Shown here piece by piece: positions 46,458 to 54,069 of a stretch of 54,069 nt of DNA. The stretch lies in IMG/VR virus record IMGVR_UViG_3300036768_000196, positions 1 through 54,069 of that record; one strand, written 5' to 3'. The DNA is from a virus (lineage: Duplodnaviria; Caudoviricetes). The notes under the pieces are model-generated. The model was not told the origin of the DNA, searched no databases, and was given only the letters and a program-made list of their open reading frames with translations. A program made the translations under genes and the position numbers. How positions within the stretch are numbered: position 1 is the first letter of the stretch; every line of letters starts with the position of its first letter.

Positions 46458-47176
46458 TGGCCCATTTTGTAAGACATGAAAGATGCGAACGGTGCGCCGA
46501 AATCGGAAATGACCGATCAGGAGACAACAAAGCCGTCTACTCAGACGGAAGCTCCTACTGTTTTGCTTGTGGCAAATACCAGCCTCCCGATAGCTGGTTT
46601 CATATTAGTGAAAGAACCGAACGGAGAAATTACGACATTGGTCCTACAAAGGCCCTCCCTAGTGATTACATGAACTACTACTTAGGGTTTCTACCTAGGG
46701 ACATTATCGTACGTAATTTTACGTATAGCCCCAAGCTCAATAGATCGGTATTTACCTACACCGATCCAGAAACCCAAGAAACGTTCGTAGAGGCACGATC
46801 TCTGTCGGATAAGCCCAAGGTATTATCCCTTGGAAAAAAACCGCTCCTAGTGGCTAAAAATGGCGTTTGCGGGCATTTTAACGAATGGGATGAATTGGTA
46901 CTTGTCGAAGACCTTGTTTCCGCCTTGAAGGTAAGTATTATTACGTATGCCATGCCCTTGTTCGGTTCCGTGATCCCCCAACGGAACTTTAACTGGATTT
47001 TTCAGTCTAAGGGCAAGTCGGTCCTTGTTTGGCTTGATCCAGACAAGCTAACCGAAGCGGTGCGTATGGTCTTTAGACTGTCGAACATAGGGAAAAGTTC
47101 CCGAGTCATACCCTCGGAAAGGGATCCCAAATGCTACGACATCTTTACCATCAAAAAGATCCTATACCAAAAATAA
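46457..47176 (+). CDS. DNA primase (Zn ribbon plus TOPRIM)
   Basis: HERCERC...YSDG..YCFAC; LVED..SA; VWLDPD. Confidence 0.88.
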   Translation: MAHFVRHERCERCAEIGNDRSGDNKAVYSDGSSYCFACGKYQPPDSWFHISERTERRNYDIGPTKALPSDYMNYYLGFLPRDIIVRNFTYSPKLNRSVFTYTDPETQETFVEARSLSDKPKVLSLGKKPLLVAKNGVCGHFNEWDELVLVEDLVSALKVSIITYAMPLFGSVIPQRNFNWIFQSKGKSVLVWLDPDKLTEAVRMVFRLSNIGKSSRVIPSERDPKCYDIFTIKKILYQK

Positions 47177-47180
47177 GGTA

Positions 47181-47209
47181 TTGACAAAATTCCCGTTTTG
47201 TGGTATAAT
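47181..47209 (+). promoter_or_regulatory. sigma70-type promoter
   Basis: TTGACA-17 nt-TATAAT with TGn extension. Confidence 0.9.
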
Positions 47210-47214
47210 ACGCA

Positions 47215-47465
47215 CTTCAAAACTGGAAAAAGTTTTGCGTCAGGGCGCGTTAGCTAATACCCGGACCGCGGGGGTACCCAGGACAGCGGTAGACGGACAC
47301 TAGCCGAAAGGCACCGGTGCAACTCCGCATGGTGAGCCGTCCGACTGGTTGAATCGGCAAGTCGGGGGACTAGGGAGTGCCATGCCCTAGCATGCCGATC
47401 CCGTTAACTCGGGGCAGGAACCTACCTCTCCTTATACCCTGTCGTGGGGTAGGGGGAGGTTTTGG
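47215..47465 (+). ncRNA. Candidate structured ncRNA or attenuator leader (about 250 nt)
   Basis: GC-rich non-coding island after the promoter; multiple stems, a GNRA loop, a pseudoknot pairing and a terminal hairpin plus TTTT. Confidence 0.6.
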
Positions 47466-47551
47466 CAGGAACTTTATGAATTCTTATGTCATAAGTCAAG
47501 AAAAAATTGAACTTTTAGAAAAATCTCTTGTCTAATGGAGATATAACCAAA

Positions 47552-47743
47552 ATGAAACTACCATACGGATTCCACGAAGTTATTATCGACGAATATGATC
47601 CACGAGTGAGATATCCTCGCCGCCGTGCCAAGGCGTGGCGTGATGCGATGAAACCCGGCAAATGCCGGTCTCTCACCAAAGAAGAGATAAAAGAACTATA
47701 TGGTGCAGAGTTCCTTGCTGAAAGCACTCCTAAAGAAGGATAA
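47552..47743 (+). CDS. Small hypothetical protein
   Basis: SD GGAG; MKLPYGFHEV... Confidence 0.6.
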   Translation: MKLPYGFHEVIIDEYDPRVRYPRRRAKAWRDAMKPGKCRSLTKEEIKELYGAEFLAESTPKEG

Positions 47744-48932
47744 CTATAACAAGTACAGGAGCTTTCTTTCCTTCGAAGAGTTCCCAAAGGAAGCACACCC
47801 TGTTCTACACGCAATAGACGAATTACACAAACAAAAAGAAGGAGACCTGCACCTCGAAGACGTAGCGAACACTGCCCTTGCCAAGCAGTTTCCTAAACGA
47901 AATGAGCCACTAATCAAGGCTATCCTTGACCAAATGGTGTCAGATTCAGGACAGGAAACTGTCCAGTCCCTGCTGGAGAAGCATAAACGTCTTGCTACAA
48001 GCAGAAGGCTGGCAGTGCTGGCAGCAAACTACTCCGAAGGGCAGGGGGATCTGAACAAGATAGTAGAACTAGCTGAAGAGCTAAAAGTTCCCCCAACGGT
48101 GTTCGACGACTTCGTGACTGACGATATCACGGAGATAATCAAGCACGATGTACTGCAACCAGGTCTACGGTGGAGATTAGACTGCCTTAACAAATCCATC
48201 GGTAGTCTGCGAAAGGGAAATTTTCTTTTCCTGTTCGCTAGACCAGAAACGGGAAAGACGACCTTCCTTGCGTCAGAGGTAGGTCACATGGTCGGTCAAC
48301 TTGGGGAAGAGCAGGGGCCGGTCCTGTGGTTCAACAATGAGGAGCATGGGCACAACGTAAAGCTAAGGCAATATCAGGCGGTACTTGGTGCGAGGATCGA
48401 CCAGCTAAAAAAGTACCCTGAAAGGGCCAAGGCTGCTTTCATGGAGAAAACTAAAGGTAAGCTGAAACTTATCGATGAGGCTATCCTCACCAAGCAGAAA
48501 GTGGAAAGTATTGCCGAGCAGCAGAGACCAAGCTTGATAGTCATAGACCAGCTTGACAAAGTGGAGGGATTCTCCGCAGACCGTAAGGATCTGGAGCTTG
48601 GTGATATCTACCGTTGGGCAAGGGAACTTGCAAAAAAGCACTGTCCAGTCATTGGTGTATGTCAGGCTGATGGAACGGCAGAGGGTGTGCGATACTTGAC
48701 GATGGCCCATGTAGCCAACTCCAAGACATCCAAGGCAGCGGAGGCAGATTTCATCATAGGAATCGGTAAAGACAATCAACCCGGATGGGATTATATCCGT
48801 TTCATTTCAGTACTTAAAAATAAAGGATTCGGTGATGGTGACAGTGATCCTACACTGAGGCACGGAACTTTTCAGGTAAGAATAGTACCAGAGATAGCAA
48901 GGTACGAAGATATAAATCAACAAGAGGAATGA
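47700..48932 (+). CDS. DnaB-like replicative helicase
   Basis: Walker A ARPETGKTT, NNEE, IVIDQLD, GVCQA and EADFIIGIG. Confidence 0.92.
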   Translation: MVQSSLLKALLKKDNYNKYRSFLSFEEFPKEAHPVLHAIDELHKQKEGDLHLEDVANTALAKQFPKRNEPLIKAILDQMVSDSGQETVQSLLEKHKRLATSRRLAVLAANYSEGQGDLNKIVELAEELKVPPTVFDDFVTDDITEIIKHDVLQPGLRWRLDCLNKSIGSLRKGNFLFLFARPETGKTTFLASEVGHMVGQLGEEQGPVLWFNNEEHGHNVKLRQYQAVLGARIDQLKKYPERAKAAFMEKTKGKLKLIDEAILTKQKVESIAEQQRPSLIVIDQLDKVEGFSADRKDLELGDIYRWARELAKKHCPVIGVCQADGTAEGVRYLTMAHVANSKTSKAAEADFIIGIGKDNQPGWDYIRFISVLKNKGFGDGDSDPTLRHGTFQVRIVPEIARYEDINQQEE

Positions 48933-48933
48933 T

Positions 48934-49122
48934 ATGAATCAAGCAGAGTTACTTGAAAAGCTTGAATCAGTTCCAAAGGACGCTGCATTTGCCTATAGGA
49001 CTGGACGATGGTCAATTCTAGAGATTAGGACAGGTGCAGGAAAACTATGCGAAGAGGCCGCTGCGGAGATACGTTATCTTCAGGATGAAGTGAAGGCATT
49101 GAGGAAAGCTGAAAAAAAATGA
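48934..49122 (+). CDS. Hypothetical protein
   Basis: SD GAGGA; EAAAEIRYL motif. Confidence 0.6.
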   Translation: MNQAELLEKLESVPKDAAFAYRTGRWSILEIRTGAGKLCEEAAAEIRYLQDEVKALRKAEKK

Positions 49123-49472
49123 AACGCTACGAAATCCGTGATGGCTCACAGTCAAAGAACTGCTGCTTTGAGGCAACGGTTGTTGACACGATGAGATTAA
49201 TTACTGTGTTAAACGGACTGCCCATTTACGAAGCTATGTGTGAGTGCTCCAGCAGAACGGTTGCTGAGAGGGTGTGCGACGCACTGAATGCAAACGAGGA
49301 ATATAAGGAAGAAATCAGTCGCCTGAAGGCTGAATTAAAGCGTTGGAAGGATGCGCGTGATGAATCGTTGGCTTGCGAAAAGCTCACTTTGGATGAATTG
49401 GATGAGCTTAGGAAAGAACTCAGGATCGCGCACGACGAGATCGAGCGACTCCGAGCCAAGATGGACTTATAG
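49119..49472 (+). CDS. Hypothetical protein
   Basis: SQSKNCCFEATVVDT...CDALN plus a coiled coil. Confidence 0.65.
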   Translation: MKRYEIRDGSQSKNCCFEATVVDTMRLITVLNGLPIYEAMCECSSRTVAERVCDALNANEEYKEEISRLKAELKRWKDARDESLACEKLTLDELDELRKELRIAHDEIERLRAKMDL

Positions 49473-49495
49473 AAAGGAACACACAGGAGGTACTG

Positions 49496-49969
49496 ATGGA
49501 CTTTAGGAAAGAGGTCAACCGTCTTGCTGACGCTCTGGAAAGTGGCGATACGTACGACTACGGGAGCACGTCGGTCATCTACGGCTGGAATGCTAGCTGC
49601 GATGACCCGACTTCGCCCGCTGCTGGACTGCTAAGGGCGATGGCAGATGAAATAGAGCGTCTCCGCGCAGAGGTTAGCACGCTGAATAAGGACGCACAAC
49701 GGTGGCGCTATCTAGAGCGTAACGCCAGCATTGGCTTTACCGGTCCTCCGTCTTGTAACGCCATAGTAAGACTGAAAGTATTAAACTCATTGGACAATAC
49801 CCTCTCTAAGATAGTTGACAGAGCCATTGCTGAGAGTAAGATGACGAATGAGTCATCTGAAATAGGGGATACTTCGTATCCTGTAATGTATACAGCCTCA
49901 CACGTCAGAAGCAGCAGTCCTACTAGCGGAGGCGGATTTATTGGGAAAAAGATATATGTAGGCAAATAA
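49496..49969 (+). CDS. Hypothetical protein (Ead/Ea22-like pattern)
   Basis: SD AGGAGG; ADEIERLR...KDAQRWRYL. Confidence 0.6.
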   Translation: MDFRKEVNRLADALESGDTYDYGSTSVIYGWNASCDDPTSPAAGLLRAMADEIERLRAEVSTLNKDAQRWRYLERNASIGFTGPPSCNAIVRLKVLNSLDNTLSKIVDRAIAESKMTNESSEIGDTSYPVMYTASHVRSSSPTSGGGFIGKKIYVGK

Positions 49970-50139
49970 AAAATAACTAATGAATCATTATACAAATGCA
50001 GTCCATAACTTCGAGAAACTTGTAGATAAACTTGAACCACAATTGAGAAAAGACCAGTTGGAGATATTGAGATACAACATATTTATACTTAAGATTCAAC
50101 CTCAGTATCAGAGACCTAAGCCGGAACTTGAGACTGTAG

Positions 50140-51261
50140 ATGACTAAGAAAATTCTTACAATAGATACTGAAAACACCATCTACAACAAAGGGAATCCAT
50201 TCGATACCAGAAACATCAATGTATGTGTTGCATATAAATTCGATGATGATGAGGGTGTATTGTTTCATGACAAGAAGTCATTGGAAGAAAAAATAAACAA
50301 GGCAGATCTTCTTGTATTTTTTAACGCAAAGTACGATCTTCATTGGCTTAGGAAACTGGATATAGACATCAAGAACAAACCCATCTGGTGCTGTCAACTG
50401 TTCGAGTTTATCCACAATAGGATGCAGAACCCATATCCGTCACTAGATGGTGTGTGCGAAAAGTATGGACTTGGCTCAAAGATCGATGTCATCGAAAAAG
50501 AGTATTGGAACAATGGGATAAATACTGACAAGATTCCCAAGGAAGTTCTGGCAGAGTATGCTTTACATGATGTGAGACTTACTTATGAGCTTTACAAGAA
50601 ACAAATGAGTGTAATGCGACCACATCAGGCAAAGCTGATGATGATCTCAATGGCAGATCTGAAAGTACTTGCTGAAATGGAATGGAATGGAATTCACTTT
50701 GACATAGAAAAAGCAAAAGAAAAAGAAAAAGAAGTTGATGACAAGATTAAGGAGATACAGGACAAGCTTTCTATTCATCACAACATTCCCAACTTCAATT
50801 GGAATTCTAACGAGCACCTTTCTGCTTTACTTTATGGTGGCGATCTTACTTTCACCGTTAAAGTTCCTGATGGGGTGTATAAGTCAGGACAGAAAAAAGG
50901 ACAACTTAAGCTTAGGAATGAGGAAGTAACTTATACACTTCCAAGGAAATTCACTCCAGTCAAAGGATCAGAACTCAAAAAGCCAGGTTTCTGGTCAGTA
51001 GATGAAACTTATCTTTTGAAACTCAAAGGAGGGGATCGAGAACTCATTGACAGTATCCTTAAGATAAAGGAATTGACCAAGCTAAAGACAACCTACTATG
51101 AGGGATTTCGAAAGCTGTATGAGGAAATGAACTGGAAAGATAACCTTTTGCATACGACTTTTACTCAGGTAGTGGCAAGGACAGGTAGGCTTTCAAGCAA
51201 ATCCCCGAACATACAAAATCTTTCAGATGAAGCACAACAGCTTATTACGACAAGATGGTAA
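50140..51261 (+). CDS. Family A DNA polymerase, N-terminal part (3'-5' exonuclease plus thumb)
   Basis: ExoI DTE, ExoII FNAKYD, ExoIII YALHD; ends TGRLSSKSPNIQNL. Confidence 0.9.
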   Translation: MTKKILTIDTENTIYNKGNPFDTRNINVCVAYKFDDDEGVLFHDKKSLEEKINKADLLVFFNAKYDLHWLRKLDIDIKNKPIWCCQLFEFIHNRMQNPYPSLDGVCEKYGLGSKIDVIEKEYWNNGINTDKIPKEVLAEYALHDVRLTYELYKKQMSVMRPHQAKLMMISMADLKVLAEMEWNGIHFDIEKAKEKEKEVDDKIKEIQDKLSIHHNIPNFNWNSNEHLSALLYGGDLTFTVKVPDGVYKSGQKKGQLKLRNEEVTYTLPRKFTPVKGSELKKPGFWSVDETYLLKLKGGDRELIDSILKIKELTKLKTTYYEGFRKLYEEMNWKDNLLHTTFTQVVARTGRLSSKSPNIQNLSDEAQQLITTRW

Positions 51262-51443
51262 AACAAACCGATTCGATATACTACACCATTCTGAGACTGA
51301 AAGATCACATGGATAACGATGAGCTTTCTCATCTTATCTCGGAGATGGAATCAGTTTATCCTGATCTATTCGAGGAGCTAAGAAAGAAGATTACGTTCAA
51401 GCAGATGTCAAGACAGATCCCTGCTCTTTTGAAAAAGCAATAA
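51255..51443 (+). CDS. Small hypothetical protein between the polymerase halves
   Basis: 62-aa ORF overlapping or abutting both polymerase ORFs. Confidence 0.6.
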   Translation: MVKQTDSIYYTILRLKDHMDNDELSHLISEMESVYPDLFEELRKKITFKQMSRQIPALLKKQ

Positions 51444-51444
51444 G

Positions 51445-52173
51445 ATGTATGTGCAATGTGATGCATCTCAATTGGAATGGCGAGTTCTTAACTGGCTGGC
51501 TAATGATCCAGTAGGTCTTCGTGAGCTTAATGAGGAAATAGATGTTCATTCGGCGAATCAAAAGGCATTTAATCTACCAACGAGACTTATCTCCAAAAAG
51601 TACCTATTTCGTACTATTTACCGCGGCTCTGGCTGGAGTTTCGCTAATGATCCTGATTTTATGGGCGTTTCTGATGATCCTGACTTTTGGGATGAAATAA
51701 ACAGGAAGTTCTATGACAAGTACAAAGGAATTGACAAGTACCATAGAAACCTTGCAGATCTGGTTATAAGAAACAAGCCTATTTGCTCACCACTTGGCCG
51801 TGAATGGCTAGTTGGACTAAAAGAGAACGGAATGATTCCGTGGACAGTCTTGACTAATTATCCAGTGCAGGGTACTGGAAATGATCTTCTGGCAATAACA
51901 AGAATAAGCCTAAGAAAGAACATGAATGAAAAAAAGATGCGGTCCCTTCTGGTATCTACTGTCCACGATTCGATCGTTGCTGATTGCCCTGAGGAGGAAG
52001 CAAAAGATGTAGCCAACCTCATGTACGATGTATTTGACATTTACCTTCCGAAGAATGTGAAGGCTATCTGGAATATAGACTTGCCATGCAAGTTTCCATG
52101 CGAGGTTAAAATTGGTCCTAACCTCAAGGACATGGATAAATACCAAAAACAGGGTATTGACAGGCAGGACTGA
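51445..52173 (+). CDS. Family A DNA polymerase, C-terminal catalytic part
   Basis: Motif A DASQLEWR, motif B RLISKKYLFRTIY, motif C VHDS. Confidence 0.92.
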   Translation: MYVQCDASQLEWRVLNWLANDPVGLRELNEEIDVHSANQKAFNLPTRLISKKYLFRTIYRGSGWSFANDPDFMGVSDDPDFWDEINRKFYDKYKGIDKYHRNLADLVIRNKPICSPLGREWLVGLKENGMIPWTVLTNYPVQGTGNDLLAITRISLRKNMNEKKMRSLLVSTVHDSIVADCPEEEAKDVANLMYDVFDIYLPKNVKAIWNIDLPCKFPCEVKIGPNLKDMDKYQKQGIDRQD

Positions 52174-52204
52174 ATTGGATATAATATAGACAAAGAGGAT
52201 AGAG

Positions 52205-52732
52205 ATGTTAATCGAGATCAAACAGGTATCTACGAAGAATGTAGTCAAAGGTAGAAACAAATACACCCAAATGGATGTAAGTTACCACAACCTGGACAAA
52301 AACCGGGAAGAGGGTAAAAAATCCTTGATGTCATTTACTACTGAGCAGGCTACATGGAATGCCCTTTCAAATGCAAAACAGGGTGAAGTATACAAGGTAA
52401 AAGCACAGAAAAACGACAAAGGGTTTTGGGACTGGGTAGAAGCAGTCAAGGAGGAAACTAACCAGATGGTTCAAGGAAAGCCTATTCCTGTATCGACACG
52501 TCCAAACTATGAGACGGCTGATGAACGTGCCCGTAGGCAGGTTTATATTATCCGTCAAAGCTCTATTGCATCTGCAATCGAGTATTATAAAGACCAAGGC
52601 AAGCGACCTAAAGTAGAAGAAGTTCTGGCTCTTGCCAAGGTATTCGAGAACTATGTGATGTCGGAAGACGACAATAATGAGGTAACTCCCAAGGATACTT
52701 GGGAAGTTGCTGATGAAGCGGAGATTAAATAA
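52205..52732 (+). CDS. Duplicate of 693-1220
   Basis: Identical translation. Confidence 0.8.
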   Translation: MLIEIKQVSTKNVVKGRNKYTQMDVSYHNLDKNREEGKKSLMSFTTEQATWNALSNAKQGEVYKVKAQKNDKGFWDWVEAVKEETNQMVQGKPIPVSTRPNYETADERARRQVYIIRQSSIASAIEYYKDQGKRPKVEEVLALAKVFENYVMSEDDNNEVTPKDTWEVADEAEIK

Positions 52733-52756
52733 TAAAGTCATCTTAGGCAAACTCAA

Positions 52757-53548
52757 ATGAAGTGTGAATCCTTCAAGAGAAATGCCAAATCCGTAAAAGA
52801 GCTACTTGCCTCTATCAGGAATGGTAAGTTCACGCTAGATGGAAGAAATCTTATTGTTCGTGGCAACCTTTCACTTAAAAATTTGGGATTAACTTCTCTT
52901 CTTGGTTGCCCAAAATATGTTGGTGGTGAATTTAACTGTTCAGGTAATGAGTTAAAAACATTAGAAGGGTCACCACAAAAAGTTGGTAGTTTTGATTGCA
53001 GCTTCAACGACTTAATTTCTCTTGAAGGCGGACCTCGAAAAGTAGAATACAGGTACGATTGCAGTGACAACAGGCTAAAAACACTTGAAGGTGCGCCACC
53101 AAAAGTTGGTAGTTTTGACTGTTCTCGCAACAACCTTCAAACATTGAAAGGCGGACCACAGGAAGTAGGTACCTACTTTATTTGCGACTACAATAAGCTC
53201 GAAACGCTGGATGGAGGACCTGTTAAGGTAGGAGCTACTTATAGCTGTAGCAATAATAAGTTAATCTCTCTTAAGGGTGCACCACGGGTAGTTGGCTACA
53301 ATTTTTATTGTAGACAAAACAAGCTATCTTCGTTAGAAGGTTGTCCTCGTACCATTGGCGGTAGTTTATACTGTGAAAAAAATAAACTTCTTACTTCACT
53401 TGAAGGAGGCCCACGTTATATTGTTGAGGATGTTTATTTGTATGGTTGTCCTAACTTAATCTCTATTGAGAATTTTCATCTTTACTTGCCTAAAGTACTC
53501 GGCAAATTTTATTTCAAAAAAAGGAGGTTTGTATGTACTATAAAGTAG
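52757..53548 (+). CDS. Duplicate of the LRR-like protein 1245-2036
   Basis: Identical translation. Confidence 0.8.
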   Translation: MKCESFKRNAKSVKELLASIRNGKFTLDGRNLIVRGNLSLKNLGLTSLLGCPKYVGGEFNCSGNELKTLEGSPQKVGSFDCSFNDLISLEGGPRKVEYRYDCSDNRLKTLEGAPPKVGSFDCSRNNLQTLKGGPQEVGTYFICDYNKLETLDGGPVKVGATYSCSNNKLISLKGAPRVVGYNFYCRQNKLSSLEGCPRTIGGSLYCEKNKLLTSLEGGPRYIVEDVYLYGCPNLISIENFHLYLPKVLGKFYFKKRRFVCTIK

Positions 53549-53765
53549 TTCGTAATGGAGTAACTGTAGCAAAGGGGTTTTCTAACTACGAGAAGGCACG
53601 TCAATTCTTGCGTAAACTTCTACGTAAGAAAGATCCGATTCGTGTGAACCGTCAGCCAGACCCGCTTTCTGCTTTCCTTTTCGGCTACGAAATCGTTCGA
53701 GTTGACAAATAATAGATGACATGGCCTCCCCGCAAGGGGAGGCTTTTCCTGACAAGGAATTACAG

Positions 53766-54069
53766 ATGTTGTGCCTTATTGATGGCGACATTGTAGCTTA
53801 CAGATGCGCAGCTTCCTGCGAACCAACGAAAGAAAAACATGAGCGAGATCCCCTTGACATCGCAATTGCAAGAGCAGATTCCCTCTTATACCGCATCGTT
53901 AGTGACACTCAATCTACTGAATATCGGCTCTTTATATCAGGCACTGGAAATTTTAGAAAAAAGCTCTATCCGCAGTACAAAGCTAATCGTGAACATTTAC
54001 CACGACCAGTATGGCTTGACGAACTTCGTAAATTTCTGGTTGAAGAATGGAAAAGTGAAGTCACTTCCG
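53766..54069 (+). CDS. 5'-3' exonuclease, partial duplicate of 2254-3021
   Basis: Same sequence, truncated at the window end. Confidence 0.8.
   Translation, partial: MLCLIDGDIVAYRCAASCEPTKEKHERDPLDIAIARADSLLYRIVSDTQSTEYRLFISGTGNFRKKLYPQYKANREHLPRPVWLDELRKFLVEEWKSEVTS

Larger units (their letters stand above)
51513..54069. repeat. Direct repeat, copy 2 (matches 1-2557)
   Basis: Same sequence and ORFs at offset 51512. Confidence 0.97.

Noticed and set aside
47300-47375. Cobalamin riboswitch (GGTGCAACTCC and AAGTCGGGGGAC resemble B12 elements, and the phage has NrdJ)
   Set aside because: It lacks the AGGGAA and GCCCCCGCxACTGT cores, and the downstream genes are not B12-related. Kept only as a generic structured RNA.
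51262-51444. Group I intron in the polymerase gene, as in LUZ24
   Set aside because: Only about 180 nt, fully occupied by a coupled ORF, with no recognisable catalytic core.
51513-54069. 2.5-kb duplication as a biological direct terminal repeat
   Set aside because: It starts and ends inside genes (polymerase and exonuclease), which is typical of a circular assembly overlap. The real ends more plausibly lie near 35.4-36.1 kb.

Overview
The window is a complete tailed dsDNA phage genome with a 51,512-bp unit. Bases 1-2557 recur at 51513-54069, most likely an assembly overlap of a circular contig. It has two arms. The + arm (about 36.1 kb through the wrap to 8.5 kb) carries early, host-takeover, peptide-ligase and replication genes. 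The - arm (35.5 kb down to 8.5 kb) carries packaging, head, tail, ejection and lysis genes. The arms meet at a bidirectional intrinsic terminator (about 8494-8526) and diverge from a hairpin-dense non-coding region (about 35.3-36.2 kb), probably where the physical genome ends lie. I found no RNA polymerase, integrase or tape-measure gene, and the promoters are near-consensus sigma70. Together with a class II (B12) RNR, a split family A polymerase and a phiEco32-type amidoligase cluster, this suggests a lytic podovirus of the Zobellviridae/LUZ24/phiEco32-like kind (inference). The main highlights are two promoter-driven, highly structured, pseudoknotted non-coding regions. One is about 600 nt, starts with a boxB/boxA-like antitermination leader and lies just upstream of a divergent AcrIII-1/DUF1874 ring-nuclease homolog. 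The other is about 250 nt and lies between primase and helicase. Other highlights: a Gln-terminated intein at the RNR catalytic Cys, a five-enzyme ligase cluster, tRNA-Ile2(CAU), phage GroES, an LRR protein, a probable AUU-start gene and GC-rich mosaic tail modules. All family calls come from motif recognition by eye, with no database searches.
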